Origin: Paragordius varius
Taxonomy: Eukaryota; Animalia; Nematomorpha
Direction of reading: 5' to 3'
DNA: 64,000 bases
Assembly (NCBI GenBank): GCA_964247055.1
Contig: OZ176057.1
Span: 3,286,001-3,350,000 of the forward strand
The translations under genes and the position numbers were made by a program. The notes under the pieces were generated by a model, which made no database searches, was not told the origin of the DNA, and was given only the letters and a program-made list of their open reading frames with translations. Below, piece after piece: positions 24,894-38,215 of the stretch; position 1 is the stretch's first letter, and each line of letters starts with the position of its first letter.

Positions 24894-27599
24894 TTAACTT
24901 TGGCATGCAACTAAAAAAACATTGGTTGGCAAAGAAAATGTTTAATACTTATGTACAAACGAGGGTATATTCTAAAAAAATATTTATTTATAATGTTTTG
25001 GTCTTAAAAAGAAAAAGTGGTAAAAATATTCTATATGTGCATCGAAAACTCCATAGGTTGCAATTTTTAGTTTTGATGTAAGTTCTGCCAAGGTTGCATT
25101 GGTTTCATGTAAATACTGTCTATCCACCTTATCCTTCTTCTGCCGATTGCAAAAAGTCGACCTCGAGTGTAGCAACACCACACACATCGAAAGTCATATT
25201 AGCCTCTATTTTAGCATATAATATTTTTGCAAAGGAAATGGATAGCAAATTAATAAATTAACAAATAAGTTACCAAGTCATAAATTTATAAAATTGGTTT
25301 AAAGTACAGAATAATATTTAAGATATGCTAATAAATTTTCATCATTTAAAATCTAATATTAATTATAGGCTACGAAATGGATACGGCTTAAAAACACTTT
25401 ACAAACTGCCTCAAAGTTTTAATTTGCTGATTTGTTTATTTTATTATTATATTTTGGTATGCTCCAACCGTGATCTATTTAAAAAAATACTTAAAACATT
25501 GAAAATTAAATATGCATTAGCCTTTTGGACGTATGATTCAAAAAACGTATTACTGTATCAAGCTTCTATCTGCTGCTATTTTTTCTTGCATTTTGTAAAG
25601 TTTAAAATACAACAGGCAAAATATATATTAGGTTGAATTATATAATAATCAACTTACAAAGGCACTAAATATTTTAACAGCTATTAATAATTAATTTTAA
25701 AAGCAGCTGTTTGTTTATATCCGCTTAGGGTTATTCCCATTATAGAAAAATTAAAAATGTGGAAAGTAACAAATTTTTTAATGCACGAAAATAATGTTTG
25801 ATAATTAATTCCAACAAACTTCAATAATGTTTATTCAAGTTTGAGCACAGGGCTACAAAACTACCCCGAACTGTAAGCGTTAAATATAATAAGGTTGAAA
25901 GTCGAAATGAAAATATTTTATATTTTAACTGAAAGTTTTTAAGCAAATGAAATATTTAAAGCACCAATTTAAACGGGTTAAACCATTCGGGTGTCACAAA
26001 TTTAATAGAAAATTTTGGAATCTCGGTATGTTAAGCTCTAGATCACGAAAAGGGCTTTTACACACCTATAAAAAGCTCATTAGCGGCATTTGTATCTTGA
26101 TTTATTAAATTAAAAATAATAAAATTATAGCTTATTTGATAAAGATATATTTTAGTTGAAAAAAAGACAAGTTTAAGTTCACGGTGCAATCGATAGTTAA
26201 AAAAATGTGTTAATTTAGATATTTTTTAGATAATTTTATCAGGATTCTCATCGCGCTTTTTAGTCTTACGAGAGTCATTTTAAAAGGAATTTTTTATTAT
26301 AAACACTCATATCAAAAAAGGGCAAAATCGGCTTTATATAAAAAAAGCTTGGAGTAAACTTTATCAAAAATAAAAACGCTTCAATTGCTTTTTAATTTTT
26401 CGTAGACAAATTTTGGGATATTTTGTATTTACTCATTATCTTTTTTGTCTTTTCATTTCAAACTCAAACATAAAAAATTGTTAATTAATTTGGCCCAAAT
26501 TAAAATATACAGCGAAAAAAATCAAAATAAGAAATATTAAAATCTTCCTTGCAAACTTTCGTCGGTCATCGCGAATACATCAGGCAAAGAAATATTCAAA
26601 TTCAAAAATTTTATCAATTAACTTTTGATTTTGAAATAGATATTGGCAATTTTCAGTATGTATTGGTTATATGTTTGTTTTATTCGGATTTTGTTGCCAC
26701 CGTCAAGGATGACACATAAAAATATATTTGAATTTAATATATTATGTAAAATATTATCAAATAAAATTTTATTATATATATACTCTTTTTTAATAAATGC
26801 ATTATCATTTTCATATACTGTCTCTCTGTTATAACCTAACACCTACACTGTGTTGAATCCAATCAAAACAGCTCCCAAAACAGCGGGTTTTATACCAGTT
26901 TAAGTTTTGTGCAAAATTACCTCAAAATGAAATCCTTTACAAATAATATGAAGAGTAACGTTTTAAACCTGTTGATTAACTACTGTTTTAAAGGTTATAG
27001 CGAATTATTTGAAAATTAATAAACATTAAAAAATTCCTAGAACATATAAGCGTCCAACTTAGTTATATTTTAGAAACATTTACTTGTATTAGTGATTTTA
27101 AAGAACCAAAAGAAATTTTTTTACGAATATATAATTCTTTGAAAAATTTGGATGAGCTAACGCAAAAATTTTAGTTTGGCCTCATATTTTTAATATTTGT
27201 TAAATTCGGAATTAAATGAGATACTAGAATATTCTAAAAATAAATTAAGCCTTATAAAATATTGAATAAAGCAAAATGAGGAAAACTCCGAAACGTTAAA
27301 AATAACAATAAAGGAGCCAATTGCGTTATAAAAACAATTTAAATATGCTAGAGTATGATTGATTAAAGATTTCTGAAAATAAGCGTATTATGTTTTAATA
27401 TTTAATTTTTTGGCAAATTTTTGTTGAAGCTCATTTTGTGTTAAAATTTTAGGTTTGATAAAAGCATTCATTTTAAAATAATATAAACTTTTTCTATACT
27501 CAATGATGCCGAACATTTCTATCCTTTAAGATTTAAATAATATGCTGTCTCAATCAAAAAAATTAAATTGGATTATTGCGAAATATCCATAATTCAAAT

Positions 27600-27870
27600 C
27601 AGTGACGTAACTTGCATTTCTGGCCCCCGGTGCATGAATCATTGATGGCGCACCCCCCCCCTTCCATACTCATGGCATTAAAAAAAATCACATTCAAACC
27701 GTAGACACGACCACTCATATAAATGGGTGATTTTTTTAATGTATTATTTAAAATAATAACTTTCAAATACCTTTTTTTTCGAAATAAAATTAAAATATAA
27801 ATGCAGCGCCCCTTTAACTATGGCGCCCGATGCATCCGCCCCCCTTTCCTCTCACCTAGCTACGCCTCTG
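27600..27870. mobile_element. hAT-type MITE
   Basis: TIRs CAGTGACGTAAC / GCTACGCCTCTG and GC-rich subterminal GGCGCCC motifs; the TSD is only weakly preserved. Confidence 0.5.
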
Positions 27871-28590
27871 CCTAAAATAAAAGCGGGTCATACCCATAAT
27901 CATTAATTTGAGACAATAGAAATGTTCAGTCCAACATGCTTTACATCAGATACGCTTCCACTAAATTTGGCAAAAAAAATAAATTTTAAAGCTATGTACC
28001 CTTTTTTCCAAATTACTTTTTTTGGTTTCTACATATACGTTAAACAGGCCGGTCGCATGAGGTCTCTATCGATATTCTATCTATTACTTAGATTACATTG
28101 ATTGTTCGATAATAAAGATTAAATTAATTATTTTAGTATAACAAATATTATTCGATTAAATCACCGGTTTGTATTTTTTTTAATTACCAGCCTCCATTTG
28201 TGCTAGGAGCCTCTGCTCTAGCATTAATTAAAAAATTTTATCCAATGACTAGCCCCACTTTCCTTAAAAATTGAATATTAACAGTTATTTTTATCAAGTT
28301 TGGAAAACATTATGTATTTTCGGATGCAAAAAAATATTATTGTTTAACGAATGCTTTAAAGCGACTGGGTCATTTTTAAATTTTATGAGTGTGTTGACTT
28401 TCAAAAATATTTGGCTTTGAAGCATTTTTTAATTAACTCCACGCCATCCGCTGGTTTTTTGAAGAGTTATGAGATTCGAAACTATTTTTGGAAAACATGT
28501 AGCCATAATGTGATCGTTTTTTTAAAAAAAAATTACGAAAGTACTGAATCATTTCTCTCTTCGTAAAGCCCCACCATCTCGAAGTATTTA

Positions 28591-28807
28591 CAGTATGCAT
28601 TTTAATGATTGCTTATTTCACACTATAGTTGAGTAATTTGCAACACAGAAGTGTATGGAAAAAACAACAAAATGTTGAATAAACAATTTTTTTCCTTTCA
28701 TACATTACTTTATTTATTTTATTCAAGATTTTATTGTTATTTTTTTTAAGTTACTGTGTTGCAAATTGCCCAACTAAAGTGTGAAATAAGCAACCATTAA
28801 CATACTG
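28591..28807. mobile_element. Tc1/mariner-type palindromic MITE family C (TA|CAGTATGCATTTTAATG); representative copy
   Basis: TA flanks and long TIRs (..GCTTATTTCACACTATAGTT). Other copies at ~5837-6024, ~9431-9609, ~10815-10960 and ~35130-35275. Confidence 0.8.
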
Positions 28808-29535
28808 TAAATAAATATTAGCGGATTTAAAAAAACGTATTAATTCTTTCAAATTTGAGAACTTTTTATTTTAAGTGTCAAGGCTGACGCTATTTTGTTA
28901 AAACTAGTTGGTGTAAATAAGCGCTTTAACCAAAAAATATTTAAATCTATCGTCACAAAAAATCGTGAAATCATATATGGGGAATTAAAATTTCAGTTTT
29001 ATGAAGTATTCCTAGTCTCTTTTCAAATAAGTTGTTAGGTAAAACTACACTAAATATTGTGAAACACACATGTTAAAATTTGTATAGCCTTAATTTCATA
29101 CATTATTTTTTGTACTAATGCTCCACTCACATTCTTATATATTGTGAATTTGTGGTGGTCAACTTTTATATAAAGACTCTAACATTAAAAGGCTTGACCA
29201 TTTTTTCGGGAAACGAAAAATCTTAAAAAAAGTTGATGATATAAATCGTATGGACTAATCACAATTTAGGACAGTGGTTTCCAACAGGGTGGCGTAGAAT
29301 CTAAGGCGGCGCAAAAAATTTGGAGAATATAATTAATTCAAATAAAACCAGAAACAAATTGTAATTTGGATGCAAATTATCAAGATTTTCGTCGATATTA
29401 ATATTTTAAAAATTGCAAATCCTAGGATCTCATAGATTGGGTTTTTATATTATAATAAATTTTACATTTTTATCTTAGATATTTAATCTATAGAGGAGCG
29501 CAGGAATTTTTATTTTCAATTTGGTGGGGCATGAA

Positions 29536-32500
29536 TAAGGTGACCAGACGTCCCGCTTTTTCACACTTTGTCCTGCGTCCCGCTACGTTTTTAAAATGTC
29601 CCGCTTTTTCACGATTATAAAAATTTCTTTTTAATACAAATAAATTTTTTTATCCGTTTAAATTTTTTATCCTTAAATATCTTTAATATCTATATAAATT
29701 TTAAATTAAAATTTTTTATTTTAAATTAATATTTATTTTTTTCGAAATTATATCATATGATTATACACTTTCCTTCCTACTACTACTGTCATCATTATCA
29801 AAAAGCCAAGTTAATACCACATCTAGATTAAAAGACAAATTGATACCCCAAATCGGTACCTTACACGTTTATTCCAGAAAATTAAGGTAATAAAATATTT
29901 ATTATACTAATATTTTAGTTTTATTCTTGCCAACATTATTAAAAAGCCAAATTAATACCACAAATCGGTAGCTTAAAAGACAAATTGATACCACAAATCG
30001 GTACCTTACACGTTTATTCCAGAAAATTAAGGTAATATAATATTTATTATACTAATAGTAGTTTATAAATATTAGCACAAAAAGAGGTTGTAAATTCAAC
30101 GATGAATTAATGAAAGATTTTCCTTTTATCCAAAAAACGAAGAATGAATCATCTGTTAAATGTCTTATATGCGAGGGGGAATTCATTCTAGCACATGGCG
30201 GCAAGCATGATATTACAAAGCATATGGAAACACAGAAACATAAAAAATGTTTAGAAATGGCGGCATCATCTTACAAAATAATCGATTTTTTTCGAAAAAC
30301 CGCTTTTGGAGAGGAAGAAAAGAATTTGGCACTAGCTGAGGGCGTGTGTTTTCACGCCGTTAATCACAATCATTCCTTTAGATCTATGGACTCTACCTCA
30401 CAGGTTATTCGCACGTTTCCATAAAAAATTTACATGTGCCCGTACAAAGGCTGAAGCTATTGTGTGCAATGTCCTTTCGCCACATGCATTTTCTGGAATA
30501 CAAAAAGATTTGCTGAAAATTAATTCCTTATCCCTATACTGATGCATCAAATCACCATGAAACAAAATTATTTCCCACTTAAATTTTGATTCAGAAACCG
30601 GAGTAAAAATTAAAATTTTAGATTTAATTTCTCTACCCGGTGAAAATTCCGAAATAATATTTACTTCAATAATGCATATTCTAGAAAAAAATAATTTAAA
30701 AGAACAAAATTATCGCATATTGCGCTGACAACACCAATACGAACTTCGGTGGAAAAGCAAGGAGGGGAACGAATAATATTTATAAAAGCAGATAATCTTA
30801 ATCAAAACATTATTGGCGTTGGGTGTGCAGCGCGTATAATACACAACGCTATTCAAACAGCTGCTGATTTGTTACCCCTAGATGTGTAAAATATAATTGT
30901 TAAAATATATTCCTATTTTTATATATACACGGTATGAAACGCTTAAAGAATTCTGTGAAAATGCAGAAGTTCAATATCAAAAAATGCTTGGATATTGTAA
31001 AACTCGTTGGTTAGCTTTTATGCCAGCTATCGAAAGAATTTAAAATGTACGATCCTTTAAAATCTTTTTTTTATCACAGCACAAATTCCTACAACTTTAA
31101 AAAAGTTTTTTGAAAGTGATTCTTCAAAAATATGGTTAGAATTCTTACATAATCAAGCTTCTCTCTTTCACAATGTTATTAAATTAATAGAAGGTGACAA
31201 AATTTCGGCAATCGAAGTAGCCAATGAAGTTAGTAACCTCAAATCGTAATGTCAAGAAAGATTAGAAAATAATTTTATACTATTAACCATCCGCATTATT
31301 ATAAATAATTTAGAACAACAAGGCTAAATAAATCGCCAAGATATCCTGTACCATATAAAAATGTTTTATACAAACTGTAAAGATTATTTGGAAGACTGGA
31401 CGACGTAATTCAATGAAATTGATCATTTTCATTGGATAACATTAAAATCAGAATTTAATTGGTGCGATGTTCAAAAATCGTTTGATTATATTTGTTCCCA
31501 AAAATTCTCAAAAAGTAATCTTTCAGAAAATGATCTTTTTTTCTGAAGTATCAATAGTTAAAAGATATATTAATAATTGGTTGGAAATATTTCATCACCA
31601 ACTATATTACATACAATAATATTTTAAAAATTGTGGAATTCGCACTATCTTTACCTGGAACCAACGCTGCTACGGAGCGCGTTTTTTCCACAGTAAATCA
31701 GGTGTGGACATCGAAAAATTAAATTTAAATGTTTAAACTTTAAAGGCCGTTTTATCTGTCAAATATTTGACAAATTCTTGTGAAGACTTCTGCAATATTT
31801 TAAAAAATGATGACATGCTAAAACGCATTCACTTAAACAAAAAATATACCAAAGAATAAAATATTTTCTTTAAAGTTTTTGTGTTAAAAAATAAACAAAA
31901 TTACTGAAAATATTGTATAAGTCTTCATAATTTATCAAATTATATTTGAACACATAAAATGGCTTTTATTCAACATTTAAATTTGATTCCGTGTCCTTAC
32001 TTAATTTACTGTGGAAAAACGCGTTTAATAGCAGTGGTTCAGGTAAAGATAATGCGAATTCTACAATTAAAATATTATTGTATGGAACATAATTTGTTTA
32101 AAAAAATGATTATTTTAACCATTTATATCCTACGTTTTTTCTGTTGTCCATAATATAAGTTTTCATTCAATATATTTATTTAATAATGAGACTTCATAAA
32201 AAAAGTGTCACTGTGCACCGTCTTGTCTTCCAAATAATCGTTTCTGTTTGTATAAAACATTTTTAAATTCTGGCTATTCATTGAGCCTTGTTTTTCTGGA
32301 TGCTTTATAATATTGCGATTAGGTAATTGTATAAAATTATTTTCTAACCTTTTTTGACTTGGAATTTTGACATTTGTTCTGTGATAAAAAATAGTATTCC
32401 AGGAGATCACATTTTTATAAATATTTCAATCGCTGGCAAAAGACCTAACCAACAGTTCTACAATATCCAAGCATTATAACATCTATATTTTGCACATCCA

Positions 32501-32878
32501 GGGGTAACAAATCAGTAGCTGTTTGAATAGCGTTGTGTATCTGCCAATAATGTTTTAAGTTTATTCGCTAAATTGTTAAAAATATTTTTTGTGCCGCTTC
32601 TTGCATCACCCAGCGCACTTTGTGATGATTTCGTCTTTATTATTTTTTTCTAGAATATTACAATCACTTCACCCTTTGTTCGTGCACATGGAAATTTATT
32701 GAATAAGGTACAAACAACCTGTGAGGTACAAATTTTTTTATATTTATAATGTATTTGTGTTAAAAATAATTAAATATTACAATAAATTTTTTGTATAAAA
32801 ATTTTTGGTTGCACCCCCCAATGACCCCCCCTTCTCGGATTTGTCCCGCTTTTTCCTTCAAAAAATCTGGTCACCTTA
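29536..32878 (+). mobile_element. hAT DNA transposon (Blackjack-type termini) with decayed transposase
   Basis: TIR TAAGGTGACCAGA / TCTGGTCACCTTA, subterminal GTCCCG motifs, 8-bp TSD GGCATGAA / GGTATGAA (1 mismatch). Confidence 0.88.
30075..31859 (+). pseudogene. hAT transposase pseudogene
   Basis: BED-like finger (VKCLICEGEF..HGGKHDITKHMETQKH), CARTKAEAI, DASNH, ADNTNTNFGG, KTRWL and dimerization motif LSLPGTNAATERVFS; multiple stops and frameshifts. Confidence 0.88.
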
Positions 32879-34699
32879 GGTATGAACAAAAAAAGGTTGC
32901 GAACCACTGATTTTTGAATTATGAAAAAACTTTTTTAATAATATCCACAAAATAATTGGGCTCATACATTTTATATAGTAGCTTTTCCATGTTGACCATC
33001 AAATTAAACATATTTAAAACCAAAATTTTAAAGTTTACAAAACAATACAATAATGTGTCAATTTTAGTTTAATGTCCAATATCTGGATTGGAAAAAAATA
33101 TTATTTAATTATGAAATTTAATAGCAGAAAAGAAGATGATATGCACATAAAAATTTATTTATGTGGTCGTACAAATACAATAATAAGCGCAAAGCGGCGG
33201 CATACTTATATATGTGTATGTATAAAAATCTCTTTGACTCTAAAATAATTTTTTTTATTCCACTTCAAAGGAAAAAAAAGTCGGAAGTTTTATTTTTATT
33301 ATTATATTTTTATTACAACACACAGAGTTCACAAAAAAAATAATTGTTAAAAGAAACACAGTAAAAAAATTAATAATTTACCGCGCGTTGTCTATTATAT
33401 AAATGCGCACATAAAAGAAAAAAATCCGTAGGTGATGTTTAAAATTTTTAGGATAAAAACCACAAATTGTATGAATGTGAAAATTTAATGCTTTAAAACT
33501 TATGAAACACCTTTGCTATATAATTCATATTTTTGTTATATTGTAATTGTGCCATATAATTTGCTTTCATGTAAGTTTTTTAAAAAAGAAACGGATGTCC
33601 TTTTATTCCTAATTAATTTTTTTTCATCTTTTTCTTGAACTGAATGGTTTAAAACAAAGTTTGAAAACTTTTAAAAAATCGCAGAAATTTCTAAGTCATT
33701 ATGAAAATACCTTATATAAAATATTTAGTGTTTGTTTATTGCTTAAAATGATTTCATTGCATTTGTCATATATAATAATCTTACAAAAGTTATAGAAATT
33801 AGGACAAAACTAACTTCGCTCATTTTTAACTCAAAAAAGCGGCCGTATATATATAGGGGGATTTATGTATAATTTATTAGCTTTCAAATAAAAAACTAAA
33901 AAATGTTGGCACAATATCACATTTTCTCCAATTCCGGCCAACTGAATAGGCAAATTCGGAATTATTAAAGGAGTGCTGATTTTACTAAGATTTTATGAGC
34001 TTATTTTTACCAAATTTTTGGTGGAGCGTATAAAAAGTCACGAAAAGCTTGTTGGCCACCCCTGATCTGGAGTATAATTAAGTTGAAATAGTATTTCTTT
34101 CGATATTTTTCATACACTTTGGCTATTTTGAGAGATGGATTGAATAGTAAGCGCTACAATATAATTAATATTATAGAGGAGTTAAAATTTATCATACAGT
34201 CTTATATAGGTGTGGCATATTCCAATTTTACCCTTTATAACGGATAATATGGTTGTTTTGCTAGAAATTAGAGAAAGCACTAAATTATTTAATTATTATT
34301 TATCTGATCCAGGAAACGACAAAGCAAAATATACATTAGAAGACAATCCAAATACAAAAATTTTGACACGAATTTTAAAAAAAAAGTGGTATATAACAAA
34401 AAAATCTCCTTAAATGAAAAAAATATAATAAAAATTTTTGTCAAATACCTCCAGCTAGACCAACCAACTCGATTTAACTTGGAAATCTGGTGAACATTGT
34501 GCGGAGAAATATGATAATAATACTCAATACTCGGACGACATTATGAACAAAAGCCATAGGATATAGCCAAAATATTTTGGTTAAAACAAGTTTTCCACAT
34601 TTTTGAAAAAATTGTTTTTTTATTACAGGCCTGTCATGTTAATTAACCGATGGAATGCCGTAAAACAGTGGTTAACGAACGGGGGCAATGTTCCCAAGG

Positions 34700-35130
34700 G
34701 GGCGCATATCGAAAAAATATAATCTAATAAATGCCCCGACAATAACTTCGCCCTTTTTTTTTGAATTAGGACCCCAGTTCGGGCCCACCCCGTATAAAAA
34801 ATGGGTTTTTTGAAAACAGAAGTCCACAAAAATTGTGTCTTTGAGACAATATTCCGGAAAACGTGTTGGACAATTTTAAATATGATTTTTGTTTACTTAT
34901 TTTCGATTGCGCCGAACATAGACGGCTCGCTTTTTTAATTAGGCTCTCCTTTTACCCGCCCCCGTAAAATGCCATTTTTTTTAAAAAAATAAGTCCACAA
35001 AAATTATTTTTTAGATTTTCGCCCGAGGTAAGAGACCGTAAAAAAATATTTCAAGTATTCACTGTTAAAAGGCAAAAACTTTAGTCATGCGTTTCTTTCA
35101 TATTGGCTGCCGGGAAAGGACCTACCCACT
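34700..35130 (+). mobile_element. Internal fragment of the same Helitron family
   Basis: CCCCAGTTCGGGCCCACCCCGT..TTTTCGATTGCGCCGAACA shared with ~37950-38110 and (reverse complement) ~14300-14700. Confidence 0.7.
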
Positions 35131-37832
35131 ATGTTAGCTTATTTCACACTATAGTAGGGCAATTAACAACACGGTAGTGTATGGAAAAAGCAATAAAATG
35201 TTTGAATAAACAGTATTTTCCTTTCTTTTTTCGATATACTTATGCGTTGCAAATTACCACCATTAAAATGCATACACCAACAGACATGATTAAATAAAGC
35301 ATTTAAAATACCAAATTTAATATAATTTACGATTCAAATTAACCTTTGAACAATGTTCACCCTCGAACAATTCAAATTCATCCTTGAACAATTTAATTCA
35401 CCCTTGAACTATTTAAATTCACCCTAAAAATAAATTATGTGTTTTCTGGATAATATAACTCATCATCAATATGAAATATATTTTTACGAGATAGTTTATT
35501 ATTTTTACAGCATTATATTAATTTTAAACAGAAACATATTATAAAAATATTATAAAATAAAGGTAATTTAAAAAACACAAAATTTATTTTAGGCCGAATT
35601 TGAATTGTTCGAGGGTGCATTTGAATTGTTCGAGGGTGCATTTGAATTGTTCGAGGGTGTATTTGAATTGAAGGGTGAATTTGAACTGTAAAGGGTATAG
35701 TTCTCAACCTCCTGAAATATCACTTAACCATGTAGAAGAAAAAAATGGACATCACCTATTGAAATATTTTAAAAAACATATTGGATATTATCATTTCAAA
35801 AATTTGATTTTTAATATCCAAAATAAACATTATGAATACAAGTTAACATTCCAAGATGCTATATTTTTGTTTGAAACGGCGTTTATATCCATTATCATAT
35901 GAAATGGGTAAAATATCTATACTTATTTTGCTGGATTTTATTGTCACCCAGATACCTAAAAAATACTGACCACAACACTACATAACATATTTTTATACAT
36001 TACTGTTGCTTGTATGCTTGATTGGTTGGTATATCTTTATATCTGTAAAAAATGTAATATACAAATACATATCCATAGAAAATTGTAAAAAATACAGCCA
36101 AACTTACAAATGTTTTTTATTTCTTTGATCTTTTTCATTATTGTATAATGCTAAAAGCAAAATGTAATGATAAATATTAAGCACCATATATATACATATA
36201 GAGGTATAAGCCTTTCTAGCAGGGAGATAGATTAAAAGATAAAAAAATTATACTATAATAGTATAAAAAGAATTTTTTTCTTTGATGTCACAAAAACGAA
36301 AAAATTTTGTTAAATATAAAGGAAAAAAAATAAAAACTCGATTTTTTATATTAAAAATAATAATTTTTTTGTTTGTTGTGTTTGGAAGTAGAAAATAATA
36401 CACATTGACCAATACAATTTAGATTAAAAAAATGTACGTAATAGAAAGATAAAACATTGTGAAATGTTTATGTTTTTAAAATTTGATTTTTTTTTATTTC
36501 AAACATTCTTTGGTAGCGCATTTTTATGTAGCTTAGTCTTTTAAGAATATTACGCTATTTTACAAGTGGTGTTGTTATATATTTTGAAAAATATTCCAAA
36601 AACTGACTATTTTATTCATATTTTTACATTTTTACCCGGCCTTTCCATATTCAATCAATAATTTTGCTTTCGCTATGAATACAATTATCCGTTAACATTT
36701 GGATCATTAACAAATATCCAGTCTATCAAGGTAACTGCTAATTTATATTAAATTAATAAATTGTAATTGAATCTTTTATCTAAAATAAATTAAAATTTGT
36801 TGTTTATTTAAAATGAATTAGTTGTGTCATTTTTTCCTATGTATTTAATAAAATCAATATTGCATTATAATTTTATATAGTAACTACCCTACCTACCTAT
36901 TCTATTCAAAAAGGTTGAATAAGCCATATTTTAACAAATTTTAACAAGAGATGGGGGGTGGGGGTGCAGCAATATTACAGTCCCCTATCCTTTATTTTAA
37001 TAAAATATTTTTTATAGGTATAAATATTTGGTAAAGTCTTATACTTTTTAATGAATATGATATTGTTAAAACCATAGAACTCTTGTTTTTTCCATTCTTT
37101 ACAAAATATTTCGACCCATTCAACGAAAAAAAAATAAATTTTACGTAAAATAAAGGATACATAACTGTATTTACTAGTATATAGTTTTCGACTTGTTTAA
37201 TTTATTTTTTATAATAGCAATCATAAATTTTTGGGCCTTTTTTTGTTTTTGTGTAATTGGTTTTCACAGAATAGTTGTGCATAAATTGTATAGGTAGACT
37301 AAAAATAATGAAATTTAAAAGTTTCAATCAATTAGGTCCTCTTTAGTCAGCAAAATAGTAGTCAAACGCATTTTACATATTATAATAATAAGATACTCAT
37401 TATAAAACGTTAAATTTTCAAAGTTTATTTTTTGCAGCAACGTCGTGTTTATATAGTCGGTGAATTTTTTAGCAAATATAATGCAGATAAGCAAAGAAAA
37501 AAACCTAATCCTAATCAAACAATAGTTTCTTTTCAAATACCATTAATCATGAACGAACGAATCAATATTAAAAATTGGTCATTTACATTTTTTATTAAAA
37601 TTGTGTTTTATATTTATCATATAATGTGATGACATGACTGGACATTTAAATCCAACGATAGTCGGCAACTTCTGAAAAAATTAAAGGGTGCAATAATCCT
37701 AGCCAACTTTGAGCTAAACTTAAAAACTATATTTTAGCTAATACAAAAATATTTAATGTCGTTTCCGCAAAAATTTAAGTTTTTTAAAATTATTCTCGGA
37801 TATTAATACAATCATTCATTGAATTTTAAAAA

Positions 37833-38215
37833 TCTATATATTTATAAAAATGGAAAATGCTGGCTTTGTGATCTGTTTCCGGAATATCGGTAGACCCTTT
37901 CAAATCCAAATATCGAAAAAATCCGACAATAGCTTCGCCCCTTTTTTAAATTAGGCCCCCAGTTCGGGCCCACCCCGTGTAAAAAACGGTTTTTTTGCAA
38001 ACAGAAGTCCACAAAAATCGTATCTTTTAGACAATTTTCCGAGGAAGTTGGACCATTCAATTTCAAATATAATTTTTATTTACTTATTTTCGATTGCGCC
38101 GAACAGTCGACTCGTATTTTTAATTTAGGCCCTCTTTTTACCCGCTCCCCCCGTAATGCCATTTTTTCAAAAAGTCTACAAAAATAACTTTTTGACTTTT
38201 ATTTTTCGCCCAAGT
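37833..38215 (+). mobile_element. 3'-truncated copy of the same Helitron family
   Basis: Starts A|TCTATATATTTATAAAAATGGAAAATGCTGGCTTTGTGATCTGTTTCC; reverse-complement similar to ~14400-14791. Confidence 0.75.

Larger units (their letters stand above)
29272..32909. mobile_element. Short hAT-type MITE (~280 bp) split by the Blackjack-type element
   Basis: TIRs CAGTGGTTTCCAAC (29272) and GTTGCGAACCACTG (ends 32909); degenerate 8-bp TSD ATTTAGGA / ATTTTTGA. Confidence 0.7.
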
